Source: a virus
Taxonomy: Duplodnaviria > Caudoviricetes
Length of the DNA: 64,000 nucleotides
Virus record (IMG/VR): IMGVR_UViG_3300043434_000734
Location: 149,707 to 213,706 of that record
Reading direction: 5' to 3' (one strand)
Made by a program: the position numbers and the translations under genes. The notes under the pieces are model-generated. The model was not told the DNA's origin and made no database searches. It saw only the letters and a program-made list of their open reading frames with translations. Shown one piece after another: positions 49,095-58,868 of the stretch; positions within the stretch are counted from its first letter, which is position 1; the number at the start of each line of letters is the position of its first letter.

Positions 49095-49337
49095 GAGTTT
49101 GGTTGTGGTTAGAAAATTGGGGTGTTCGAAAGGACATCCCTTTTTTTATGCGTATGACACAACGCAGCTTGAGTCGCCGGCGTCAGGGAATGTTGTTTGG
49201 CAATTATACGTATTACATATGTTGCCACAAGAATTTGTGGCCAGGTCCCTGACGTAAAACTTTTAACAAAACATTCACAATAAAACTTGTAATATAATCG
49301 TTTAGTATGTATATTTGTATCACTAAACCCACTAACA

Positions 49338-49550
49338 ATGATTAACCACTCTTTCACAAAAGAACAACTAATTGGTCGTCGTATCGTATTACATAAGATG
49401 AACGATGACCCAAAGACAAACCCAATTCAACCCAATACAATGGGAACGATAATATCCGTAGATGATATGGACTATTATCAAGTGAAGTGGGACAATGGTA
49501 GAACTTTAAATCTACTACCCGATGAAGATGAATTTGAATTTATTAACTAA
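49338..49550 (+). CDS. DUF4314-like protein
   Basis: GRRIVLHKMNDDP...GTIISVDD...VKWDNGRTLNL. Confidence 0.8.
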   Translation: MINHSFTKEQLIGRRIVLHKMNDDPKTNPIQPNTMGTIISVDDMDYYQVKWDNGRTLNLLPDEDEFEFIN

Positions 49551-49561
49551 CACACAATACA

Positions 49562-49705
49562 ATGAAAGAAATGTTTACCACTCTTAGAGATGTCTACAAG
49601 GAAGACCCTAAGGATTTTATCATCACATTATTATTTGGAATCTTTATCTTTACGATGACTTGGTTCCTATTATGGTTTCACGGAACATTTATGTACGATA
49701 TGTGA
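49562..49705 (+). CDS. 47-aa single-TM protein not in the ORF track
   Basis: MKEMFTTLRDVYKEDPKDFIITLLFGIFIFTMTWFLLWF... Confidence 0.65.
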   Translation: MKEMFTTLRDVYKEDPKDFIITLLFGIFIFTMTWFLLWFHGTFMYDM

Positions 49706-49915
49706 ATGTTTCCCGTTTAAACTTTCTAACCCTCGACTTGTTCGGGGGTTTTTTGTTTCTGTGAACCTCATCAAAAATCTGAGTCTGTAAAAAATTGTGT
49801 GGCAACTGCCAATCAAAAAGTTATCAGAACCTTCTGATAAAAAAATAATTAATGAATTGTTTGGTATATAATATATTTTGTTGTATATTTGAGTACACAT
49901 TTAAACACAAATATT

Positions 49916-50116
49916 ATGGAAGGAATTCAATTTGACCGAAACCGACACGGAGGACTCTATGACAGAGGTAGTGCTGACAAATACTATGGTAGATGTAAAT
50001 CACCACATTGGTACCCCAAGGGTACGGGTCGTGGTAAACCTATTACTGACCTTACCGAAGAGGAAATCAAGGAGTACAATTTAGGTTACGATGAAGAAAC
50101 CGAAACCAAATTTTAA
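49916..50116 (+). CDS. hypothetical early protein
   Basis: HGGLYDRGSADKYYGR; own promoter and terminator. Confidence 0.8.
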   Translation: MEGIQFDRNRHGGLYDRGSADKYYGRCKSPHWYPKGTGRGKPITDLTEEEIKEYNLGYDEETETKF

Positions 50117-50362
50117 TGAAAGGGGAACGAAAGTTCCCTTTTTTTATTTCACCTGAAGTTACTGTGCGACGGGGGAAAGTTGTTTGGCAAGTTCACCTTC
50201 ACTGATCAGCACTGATCTATTTGTTTGGCAATTGCCACAAGATATTGTACAGTGGATCACAGGTGAATTTTCTTTCACAAAATTTTAACAAAAAAAGATT
50301 AAATAAATTTGGATGTATAAATAAAATAGTTGTATATTTGTGTACACAAAACAAACAACGTT

Positions 50363-51133
50363 ATGACTATTAAACTAAACACAAACTTATTCCCTATCAT
50401 TTCAGTGGCTATGTATGGAACTTACTTAGACCCTGATTCTATGTTTGATTCGTATATGATTGAATCCGATAAAGAGGAAGGTTATATACATTTTGATTTA
50501 GATTATTTTTGGAGTAATTTTCAATACGATAAATATCGATTGGCAATTCAGGATAGAGCACATTCATTCATCAACGGAAAACATTCCGAAAATAATGTGT
50601 GGGTATTAATTAAGGCTGGTGAAATCTATTCCCCTAAGTATTATAACTTTAGTAACGATGAAATTGATTTGGATGTAACCTTTAGTAAGTCCAAAGTTTT
50701 GAATGAGGTTAATAAAAACATTACTAAGTTTAATGAGTTCCTTAAAGAACGTTATAGTAGTTGTGATGGATTCAATTCATTCACCGCTAATAACTACATT
50801 GAGTGGTTGGAAGATTATAATGAGGATAAGGACACCGCAGTTGGTGCTGTTCTAACTTACTTATTCCAAGAAACGATTGAGGAAAATCGTGAGGGTTTTA
50901 TTCAACACGTTTGTGATGACTATATGGATTATCGTGAGTTCGTGGACTTCGAGGAACACGATGAGGAGGTGGTTGTATTACGTAACTACGTGTATGAAAA
51001 TTATAACACTATTGATGTGGATTCAATTGATGAGGAAACATTTAAATTTAAAGTATTTGGATTAGAGGATATAAAAAAATTATTAAAGGAGTTCGTATTA
51101 CAGATAGATAATAAGACCCTTTCACTTTTTTAG
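50363..51133 (+). CDS. hypothetical early protein
   Basis: YSPKYYNFSND motif; own promoter and terminator. Confidence 0.85.
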   Translation: MTIKLNTNLFPIISVAMYGTYLDPDSMFDSYMIESDKEEGYIHFDLDYFWSNFQYDKYRLAIQDRAHSFINGKHSENNVWVLIKAGEIYSPKYYNFSNDEIDLDVTFSKSKVLNEVNKNITKFNEFLKERYSSCDGFNSFTANNYIEWLEDYNEDKDTAVGAVLTYLFQETIEENREGFIQHVCDDYMDYREFVDFEEHDEEVVVLRNYVYENYNTIDVDSIDEETFKFKVFGLEDIKKLLKEFVLQIDNKTLSLF

Positions 51134-51336
51134 TTTGTTTGTATGTGTGTGTGAAACCCCTGATGAGAGTCGGGGGTTTTTTTGTTGTCATACAACTCCA
51201 CTTGAGTCTGAAGACAAAATATATTGTGTGGCAAGTATTACATCTTAACAAAAATTTAACAAAAAAAATAATTAATATATTTTGTTTCTAATAAAAATGT
51301 ATTATCTTTATATCACTAAACAAACACATCTACACA

Positions 51337-51537
51337 ATGGAACAAACAAACATTATCCGCAAAAAGGTTACCTTCGGTAACGACAACGAAATTAAAGGTT
51401 GGATTAAAACAACTGATGGTACAAAAACTAACTTCCTTATTAATGAGGGTGAAATCAAACAATGGGGAAATGCAACATCAACTGACACTAATCCATTCTT
51501 ATTAGGTTTACTTGAAATGTTGTATAGTCAAGAATAG
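51337..51537 (+). CDS. hypothetical early protein
   Basis: Own promoter and terminator. Confidence 0.75.
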   Translation: MEQTNIIRKKVTFGNDNEIKGWIKTTDGTKTNFLINEGEIKQWGNATSTDTNPFLLGLLEMLYSQE

Positions 51538-51779
51538 GTTGAATAAATTTTAGAACTCGAATTGGGAAACCCTACGACTTTTAGTTGTGGGGTTTTTTGT
51601 TGCTGTGCACTGTACCCGCACAGATCAGGGATAGATGTTGTTTGGCAATTGCCACACAATATGGATCCTGTAGATCACGCCGGCAAATTCTTTAACAAAA
51701 AATTATGAAAAATAAATTAAATAATTTTTTTTATAATAAAAATAGTTGTATATTTGTATGAACAAAAACAAACAAACAA

Positions 51780-52127
51780 ATGAAAAAAGAAATGAATTGC
51801 GACAAAAAAAGTTTCCCAAAGGGTTACTGGTCAAAGAAAGGTCAACCAACACAAAATGCATTGAATATGTTTTTCGTGTACTTAACAAATTGTCCAAGTG
51901 ATTGGAATGAAAAGAAAGGTAGACACAAAGAAGCTCTACAAAAGACCAGAGAGTATTTTGATGTTGACTATGGTATTGAATGTATGTTAACTTGGGGTAT
52001 CAACTTCGGCTGTAAAGATTCAGAAACTTCAAGTGAGAGACACCACGCAATGTCTTTATCTTATCACGACGCAAAAGGAATGATTGGTAAAGGTTATAGA
52101 TTTTGTGAATTAAAGATAGCAGCTTAG
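51780..52127 (+). CDS. hypothetical early protein
   Basis: Own promoter and terminator. Confidence 0.8.
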   Translation: MKKEMNCDKKSFPKGYWSKKGQPTQNALNMFFVYLTNCPSDWNEKKGRHKEALQKTREYFDVDYGIECMLTWGINFGCKDSETSSERHHAMSLSYHDAKGMIGKGYRFCELKIAA

Positions 52128-52233
52128 ATTTATTCCCTCACAGAAATGTGGGGGATTTTTTAAAAAAATTAAATAATAAATTTGGTGAATGATATAATTT
52201 TTGTATCTTTACATCATCAAACAAATAACACAT

Positions 52234-53151
52234 ATGGAAACACAAGAAAAAAATCCAATCATTACAGACTTATTAGATAAGTGTAACTTGAATTGGTCGG
52301 TGAGACAAGAAGGTATTGTAACTACAAGTGGTTTAGAAATACCTGATAGAATGGCTGTGGTTCGTGAAGACATCAACTACGCTTTCCCTGAGATTCGTTC
52401 AGGTGGTTATCATCCGTTTCAGAATTATGACTTTATGGATTTACTCTATAAGGTATCGGGAATGAAACCTGAAATCCAAGTTCATACTGGTGGTTCGTTT
52501 AAGAAAGGTGCACGTGTGTATATCCAATTAAAATCTGATGACCTAATGATTCAGAATGCGAATGGTGTTCACGATAAGATTGAGGGTTACTTGACGGGAG
52601 TTAATTCCTTCGATGGCTCAACTTCTCTGGCATTCGGGCCGAGTAATATCACTATTAGCTGTCAGAACACTTTCTTTGCAGCCTTCCGTGAGTTGGACAC
52701 AAAGATTAGACACACAAGTAATATGGTTGTTCGTGTAGACCAAATTTGTAGAGACTTAGAAAAGACAATTCAATTAGAGAAAGAGTTGTTCGATGATATT
52801 AAGTTGTTATCCAATACAAGCTTCGATGAAGCAATGAAGATTAAAGTAACGAAAGCTTTATTTAAGTTATCACCCGAAGTGGACATCTACGATTTAGATT
52901 CTATCCCTGGTAAGACACGTAACAATATGAGCCGTTTCTTTATTGACTTGAATGGTGAGTTACAACAAAAAGGAGATTCAATGTGGGGATTGTTTAGTGG
53001 AGTAACGAAGTACACCACACACAGCCACGGAAAAGATAACGCCGATAACACCGAAGTTAAAATGTTCGATGAGATTGGTAAACGTGAGAAGAACATCTTT
53101 AAGTCTTTGGTCGAAGAAGGTAATAGAAAGAAGTTATATGCTTTTGCGTAA
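52234..53151 (+). CDS. DUF932-family protein
   Basis: LNWSV, YHPFQN, GARVYIQ, NSFDGSTS, ISCQNT, IRHT. Confidence 0.88.
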   Translation: METQEKNPIITDLLDKCNLNWSVRQEGIVTTSGLEIPDRMAVVREDINYAFPEIRSGGYHPFQNYDFMDLLYKVSGMKPEIQVHTGGSFKKGARVYIQLKSDDLMIQNANGVHDKIEGYLTGVNSFDGSTSLAFGPSNITISCQNTFFAAFRELDTKIRHTSNMVVRVDQICRDLEKTIQLEKELFDDIKLLSNTSFDEAMKIKVTKALFKLSPEVDIYDLDSIPGKTRNNMSRFFIDLNGELQQKGDSMWGLFSGVTKYTTHSHGKDNADNTEVKMFDEIGKREKNIFKSLVEEGNRKKLYAFA

Positions 53152-53417
53152 TACATTATAGGGTTAATCGTTAAATAGAAATCCTCTCGGTTCTGCTGAG
53201 GGGATTTTTTGTGCGCACGTATTACAGCGCAAACTAAATAGCAACCGTGCGCTGCAACAGCTGATCATATTGTCTGGCAAGTTAAACGTATTAGATCTGC
53301 CACACAACATCCCGAATGGAGATCACAGGTGAATCATCTTAACAAAAAATTAACTAAATAATTTGTTTGGTAATAAAAATACTTGTATATTTGTGTACAC
53401 AACAAAACAAATACATT

Positions 53418-53756
53418 ATGACTAACAAAAGAATTACCGAAGTTTGTTTCCCTCTTTTAGAAAGAGAGTTCGACTTAAAAGAAACGATGAAAGTATTAAG
53501 TTACAATCCCACAATATTTTGGAGTTGGGGAGTAAGTACAAGATTAAACATCAACGACAAAGGTCTACTATTAGAAGTTAATGGACATCATCACAAGGGT
53601 AGTGTGTTAATCACATTAGGTTGGAACGACACTTATTGTGTGTACATCATCAACAATAGAGGTAGAATCTTAAATGAATATAAAGAAGTTTATTTCGACG
53701 TGTTAACTGAATTGATTGACAATCGAATTGAAAGAATTAAAGAATATAGTTTGTAG
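53418..53756 (+). CDS. hypothetical early protein
   Basis: WSWG...VNGHHHKGSVLITLGWNDTY. Confidence 0.8.
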   Translation: MTNKRITEVCFPLLEREFDLKETMKVLSYNPTIFWSWGVSTRLNINDKGLLLEVNGHHHKGSVLITLGWNDTYCVYIINNRGRILNEYKEVYFDVLTELIDNRIERIKEYSL

Positions 53757-54011
53757 TTTTTTTTGTTTTAAATACACTTTGAAATCCCTCGGTCTTTTAG
53801 GTCGGGGGATTTTTGTTTCCACCTGAAGTTACAGTTGGGTCTGGTGGAATTTGTTTGGCAAGTGCCACACAATAATTTACAGACTCAGAACCCAAAAAAA
53901 AATTGTCACAGATAAAAAAAATAAATTAAATAATTTATTGTATAATCAGAATTAATAACTATCTTTGATAACACAATCAAAACGGGGACAGGTTTCTGAA
54001 CAACAAAGAAT

Positions 54012-54302
54012 ATGTTAGAATTCGAATTTCAAATGGACGACATTAGTAATGACATTTATGTTGAGGGTGAGTTTACCGACAACATCACGGAAGAACACGT
54101 GTTAAACATTCTTCACTTTGTTAGAAACCAAGAGTGGTTTAGTGAGGGGAATAAAACGGAAGGTATCATCACCTTAACCGAAGAGAGTACCGAAGTAATG
54201 TGGAATAAAGTCTTTATGGTCATCACAGATGATGGGGATGTCTTGGATGAAGTTGATGGACCGATAACCCACGTAATTAATAAACAATTTTACAAATTGT
54301 AA
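54012..54302 (+). CDS. acidic hypothetical early protein
   Basis: Own promoter and terminator. Confidence 0.8.
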   Translation: MLEFEFQMDDISNDIYVEGEFTDNITEEHVLNILHFVRNQEWFSEGNKTEGIITLTEESTEVMWNKVFMVITDDGDVLDEVDGPITHVINKQFYKL

Positions 54303-54505
54303 AATGAACCCCCACCGAAAGGTGGGGGTTTTTTATTGTCCACAGATTTCCCGTCCTGATCAGCTCGGAATGTTGTTTGGCAATTGCCACACAATATCCA
54401 TTGATCAACCGGTCGACGAAAAATTCCTTTAACAAAAAATTAACTAAATAAATTTGTGAATAATAAAAATTGTTGTATATTTGTATTGTACTAAACAAAC
54501 AACCA

Positions 54506-54703
54506 ATGACAAATTACCAAGTATTATCCCCTGATGGTTTTACGATTGAATTCGATAGACCATACTACACTTCAAGAGAAAAAGCTTTAGAAGCATTTCA
54601 CGATTGGAAAGAACGTTATAGAAAACAAGGTTACTATTCCTCGAACAACGGAAGAATCCCTTTGGATGAATTAGAAAATCATTGTACAATTCAATTAGTA
54701 TAA
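54506..54703 (+). CDS. hypothetical early protein
   Basis: ATG 54506 after promoter at 54476. Confidence 0.75.
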   Translation: MTNYQVLSPDGFTIEFDRPYYTSREKALEAFHDWKERYRKQGYYSSNNGRIPLDELENHCTIQLV

Positions 54704-54705
54704 CT

Positions 54706-54924
54706 ATGATAAAGTCAGTAGAAGAAATGGACACCAAGATTGAAATTAATCTACTTGGACCGGACGGAAATGTATTCAACCTTATATCGGTGGGTGGGAG
54801 ATTGTGTAAACAACTCGGTAAGAATTCGGAGATGTTTACTCGCCGTATGATGAGTGGAGACTACGAAAATGCTGTTAACACATTCGAAGAATACTTCGGA
54901 GATTTTGTAACCCTTTATAGATAA
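54706..54924 (+). CDS. phage hypothetical protein
   Basis: INLLGPDGNVF...MMSGDYE...FG. Confidence 0.8.
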   Translation: MIKSVEEMDTKIEINLLGPDGNVFNLISVGGRLCKQLGKNSEMFTRRMMSGDYENAVNTFEEYFGDFVTLYR

Positions 54925-54925
54925 T

Positions 54926-55123
54926 ATGGATAATTTTTTAAAACCTTATATGTTGGGGGAAACTCCACAAGTAACCGAAACTAAAATTAATAATCTGTCT
55001 ATGATAGATGTTAAGTGGCATTATGATTTTATCGGAGGTAAATCCGAAAGATTAAAAGTAATTAACCATTTGAAAAAGGTTGGTTATGTGTATCAAAATA
55101 GTTTTTACATTAAAATTTTGTAA
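54926..55123 (+). CDS. hypothetical protein
   Basis: Closely spaced ORF in operon. Confidence 0.65.
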   Translation: MDNFLKPYMLGETPQVTETKINNLSMIDVKWHYDFIGGKSERLKVINHLKKVGYVYQNSFYIKIL

Positions 55124-55141
55124 CCCTTTATAGATAATGAA

Positions 55142-55333
55142 ATGATAATCCCAATTAATTCAGTGGCAAGTGTATTAGACACCGACACCAAAATCGTTTA
55201 TGCTAAATTTCAAAAAGGTGGGTATGACATCACGAGTGGTGTACACATAGACAACCTTTCTAAAAAGTTCGTGGATGATATTAGTGAAGAAGATATAATT
55301 TTAATTAATCAATTTGTTGGTATAATAAAATAA
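55142..55333 (+). CDS. hypothetical protein
   Basis: 63-aa ORF in operon. Confidence 0.65.
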   Translation: MIIPINSVASVLDTDTKIVYAKFQKGGYDITSGVHIDNLSKKFVDDISEEDIILINQFVGIIK

Positions 55334-55369
55334 ATTGTATATCTTTACATCACACAAAAAAAACAAGTT

Positions 55370-55573
55370 ATGGAAAAGTACAAAGTAGTTAGTGGTGGTT
55401 CCCCAAACGAACTATCAAACAAGGTAAACGAATTACTCGAAACGGGTGAATGGTTTATCAATGGTGGACATCAGGTTGTAATACTTCGACAACAAAATCG
55501 TTATCGTGGAGACCAACATATTGATACCTTAAACGAACTTGAATATACTCAAACCCTTATAAAGAAAAACTAA
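55370..55573 (+). CDS. DUF1737-like small protein
   Basis: YKVVSG...LSNKVNELL..GEW.I.GG. Confidence 0.55.
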   Translation: MEKYKVVSGGSPNELSNKVNELLETGEWFINGGHQVVILRQQNRYRGDQHIDTLNELEYTQTLIKKN

Positions 55574-55574
55574 T

Positions 55575-55841
55575 ATGGAAACATTTGATTTTTATTTAGA
55601 CCAAAAACATACCATTTGGTATCGTAATACATTCACTATCGAAGCTGAGACTTTGGAAGAGGCTAAGGCTAAGGTTATTGAAATTTGTAATAACCCTACG
55701 GAAGATTTACCGAGTGATGAATGGGAAACCTTATTCGACACGGTGGAAGGATTAACAGTGGGAGATAACGGAGGTCAGGCGACTGAGGAAGTCTATACAC
55801 ATTCGGGAGAAATGATTTGGGATAACATTAAAACTAATTAA
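55575..55841 (+). CDS. acidic hypothetical protein
   Basis: FTIEAETLEEAKAK motif. Confidence 0.75.
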   Translation: METFDFYLDQKHTIWYRNTFTIEAETLEEAKAKVIEICNNPTEDLPSDEWETLFDTVEGLTVGDNGGQATEEVYTHSGEMIWDNIKTN

Positions 55842-55842
55842 G

Positions 55843-56190
55843 ATGTCAGAGTTCACAAGAAAATACATAGAATTAAAAATAGAAAGTTTAGAGTATATTA
55901 GAGAATTCTTTAAGAAGAATAATATAACTCGTTATGAATTCGTATCACTTGAAGAAATTGAGTCGGACGACTTCTCGGATAATCACTGGCAATATCCACA
56001 AGCAACAGTTGTTGGTAGACACGACCATACATACTATTATACTATTACAAGTATTACATTAGAAGATGGTAACCTATGGTTCAATGGTGTAAGTGTTGGA
56101 GAAGATAGTGATGACTACAACTTCGGAGAGCTTGAGGTAGATGTGGCTTGTTTATGTGATTCAGCAGATTTATTAACTTTAAATAACTAA
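55843..56190 (+). CDS. acidic hypothetical protein
   Basis: 115-aa ORF in operon. Confidence 0.75.
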   Translation: MSEFTRKYIELKIESLEYIREFFKKNNITRYEFVSLEEIESDDFSDNHWQYPQATVVGRHDHTYYYTITSITLEDGNLWFNGVSVGEDSDDYNFGELEVDVACLCDSADLLTLNN

Positions 56191-56194
56191 TAAA

Positions 56195-56515
56195 ATGAAC
56201 AGAGAAATAGTAGATACGAAAAACATTCTTGACCTATCGAACATAGATTCGTGGGACTTAATTAAGGAATTAAAATCTCGTGGGTATTACACTCAATTGA
56301 ATTATAGTCCGAGTGATGTTGATATGATGTTAGAAAGTATTAATAGTGATAGAGATGAGAAAGAAGGGAACATCATTATGTTATGTCAAGAAGATAAGGA
56401 AGCAATTCTCGAAGATTGTTTTAACACCGACTGGTATTGTGAGAGAATGAATGATGATTTGGTGGAACATATCTTGGACAACTACGATGACGAAACGTAT
56501 TACAATAAAAGTTAA
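56195..56515 (+). CDS. acidic hypothetical protein
   Basis: 106-aa ORF in operon. Confidence 0.75.
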   Translation: MNREIVDTKNILDLSNIDSWDLIKELKSRGYYTQLNYSPSDVDMMLESINSDRDEKEGNIIMLCQEDKEAILEDCFNTDWYCERMNDDLVEHILDNYDDETYYNKS

Positions 56516-56591
56516 ACATATTAAAAAAAAGTTTGGCTGTTAAAAAAAAGTGTATTACATTTGCACTATCAATTAATAAAATCCGTATATA

Positions 56592-56771
56592 ATGACAACG
56601 AAAATTATTTTATCAAACGACAAGAAATGCTACGATTTGTGGTATAGTGTTGATGGTCTTAATTACAAGTTACATAAGAGTGGTTTTAAAAGTATAGACT
56701 CGGCAATAAAAGAATCAACAATAATATCTGGCACACAAAAATTATTAAGAGACATCTTATTAAGAAAATAA
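56592..56771 (+). CDS. 59-aa protein not in the ORF track
   Basis: [22 protein letters not shown]...; promoter at 56556, terminator near 56804. Confidence 0.65.
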   Translation: MTTKIILSNDKKCYDLWYSVDGLNYKLHKSGFKSIDSAIKESTIISGTQKLLRDILLRK

Positions 56772-57076
56772 AGGTTAGGTTAGTAAGTTTAGTAGTTAGT
56801 AGTCCCTCATCAGAAATGGTGGGGGATTTTTTTATGTCTGAAGTCTCACCTGCGGATCTTCCAGGAAGATATTGTGCGGCAAATATTTCACACTAGTTTA
56901 CCCAGTAATCTGTACTGGTCCTTCCAGGAAAAGTTGTGTGGCAGTTGCCAAACAATATTCCCCTGTGGCCCGTGATCAGATCAGTAACTTCACAAAACTT
57001 TAACAAAAAAAGATTAAAATAAATTTGGTGTATACAAGTATATGACTTATCTTTGTGTACACAAGAACAAAATACT

Positions 57077-57697
57077 ATGGCTAACTATTGTCAAAACACG
57101 ATTACTATTAAGGGAGACAAACTCACCCTTAAGAATATCATCAACATACTCGATAAAGAATCTGAAGAAGGATTATTCGAGAGATTGATTGGTACCAAAG
57201 CTGGAGTTAGTAAACAAGAGTACGAATCTAACTCATATAACTTCAACCTTGAGTATTGGGGATGTAGAAGTGATGTGGATATTGATGGTGAATTCAGATA
57301 CGAGGTGATGAGTGATACTGAGTTGGTCCTATATCCTGACACACCATATTCTCCACCAATCCCATTCTGTCAAACTCTATGTATAAACTATGGTGTAGAT
57401 ATCCATATGTTTTATTATGGGATGGAGGACAACTTCTGTGGTGTGACCACTCTTACTAAAGAAGGTTTCATTAATGAGGAGGATTATCTTTATCTTGATG
57501 GTTTATACATATTCAACGAAATGGATTTATTTTGGTCTGAAGTTGAGTCACGTATGGAAAGTCATATTGAATATTGTGAGAACTATGACGTGGAAGAATT
57601 CATAGAGAACAATGTTGAAGGGGTACCAACCGAAGTCAAAGACGAAATCAGAGAGATGTTTTCACAAATATTACAAGATTATCAAATTATAAATTAA
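57077..57697 (+). CDS. YubB / DUF1281-like ferredoxin-fold protein
   Basis: MANYCQNTITI, NLEYWG, DTPYSPP, NFCG. Confidence 0.75.
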   Translation: MANYCQNTITIKGDKLTLKNIINILDKESEEGLFERLIGTKAGVSKQEYESNSYNFNLEYWGCRSDVDIDGEFRYEVMSDTELVLYPDTPYSPPIPFCQTLCINYGVDIHMFYYGMEDNFCGVTTLTKEGFINEEDYLYLDGLYIFNEMDLFWSEVESRMESHIEYCENYDVEEFIENNVEGVPTEVKDEIREMFSQILQDYQIIN

Positions 57698-57702
57698 ATC
57701 AT

Positions 57703-57957
57703 ATGTTAATGGCAAGTAAAATTAAACCTGAAAAGTATTCTATCGAAGAATTCAACGAGTGGACCAAGTATATTGGTTTCGGAACAAGATTCGATTATAC
57801 CAACTTTGAGAACCGAGAGTTGGTAAGAAGAATCGAGGAAGCTAAATTTGCTCAGGACAATCCAGTGGTAAAGGTTCCGAGTGATAAACTTGAGAGTCTG
57901 AAGACGGACCAGGGAAATATATTCTCTGGCATCAAATCAATTTTAAATTTCTTTTAA
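57703..57957 (+). CDS. hypothetical protein
   Basis: 84-aa ORF. Confidence 0.7.
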   Translation: MLMASKIKPEKYSIEEFNEWTKYIGFGTRFDYTNFENRELVRRIEEAKFAQDNPVVKVPSDKLESLKTDQGNIFSGIKSILNFF

Positions 57958-57971
57958 AACAAATAAATAAA

Positions 57972-58487
57972 ATGGGTAGAGTAAACAAAAGCACCGAGGG
58001 TGTGTTCGTCAACATTGTAGGGTCGAACTCGGAGATTAGTAAGTACAAACAGTTCCTTCACAGATCAGCGTCGACGATGTCGTCTGGCAAGTTCAGTTCT
58101 AAGTACGACGGTCTGTCAACAGCATATAACAATAAGTGTACTGTCATTAAGATGGACCTTGAACAATTGGCACAGTTGGAAGTAATAATGATGCAAATCC
58201 GTTCAGTGGATGAGATTGAAGGTAACATCGTATGGTTCCAAATGAGAAACAAGTACGTGTATGCAAGATGTCCTTTCTATAGAACAGACCAATCCATTAA
58301 TGAGATGAGATGTCTTATCGATAATCTTGAGTTTTATTTCACAGACGTTCAGGATACAGATCTGTCAATATTGTCTGGCAATCCTGAATTCGTGGAGAAG
58401 ACCAAGGAGAAACTTATTGCCAAGATGGAAGATGAAATTGGTGAGAACGTTCGTAACTACGAGAAAGTATACGGAAAAATATCCTAA
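57972..58487 (+). CDS. hypothetical protein
   Basis: 171-aa ORF. Confidence 0.75.
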   Translation: MGRVNKSTEGVFVNIVGSNSEISKYKQFLHRSASTMSSGKFSSKYDGLSTAYNNKCTVIKMDLEQLAQLEVIMMQIRSVDEIEGNIVWFQMRNKYVYARCPFYRTDQSINEMRCLIDNLEFYFTDVQDTDLSILSGNPEFVEKTKEKLIAKMEDEIGENVRNYEKVYGKIS

Positions 58488-58528
58488 AAAAAATTTGTAT
58501 ATTCTAACTTAATCATTATCTTTACTGT

Positions 58529-58861
58529 ATGACAAACCAACAACTACTACAACGTCGTGACAACCTCCACCGTGAGATTGTGGTGTCTACTATGAAGTTA
58601 AATCAGCTCAACGATGAGTTTGATTTAATCTTGAAGGAACCGTTCGAATTCGAACACGCGTATTACAGACCATATAGTAGTGAGGGTGGTCGAGAACTAC
58701 TGAAGGTTACGGGTGTTGACGGAACCACGGGTGAACTCCTGTGTGAGAATGAGGACCGTCAATTAAGATTCGTCTACTATCACGAGCTAACACTCGAAGA
58801 ACTGACTCGTCTACACCGTAGTGTATTACAGGGAGAATATGTATTACAAATCCTAATATAA
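58529..58861 (+). CDS. hypothetical protein
   Basis: Promoter at 58517. Confidence 0.75.
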   Translation: MTNQQLLQRRDNLHREIVVSTMKLNQLNDEFDLILKEPFEFEHAYYRPYSSEGGRELLKVTGVDGTTGELLCENEDRQLRFVYYHELTLEELTRLHRSVLQGEYVLQILI

Positions 58862-58868
58862 CAACCAA

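Larger units (their letters stand above)
44913..57005 (+). promoter_or_regulatory. TT(A/C)ACA-N5-TT(A/C)AC(A/T) direct repeats upstream of promoters
   Basis: Copies start at 44913,45008,49263,50274,51245,53339,54429,56989. Confidence 0.8.
43538..58524 (+). promoter_or_regulatory. series of Bacteroidota primary-sigma promoters
   Basis: TAnnTTT(G/A) at 43562,44076,44213,45055,45394,45496,46340,47421,48302,49310,49884,50333,51303,51749,52204,53386,53960,54476,55340,56556,57048,58517; most have TTTG 19-21 nt upstream. Confidence 0.9.
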
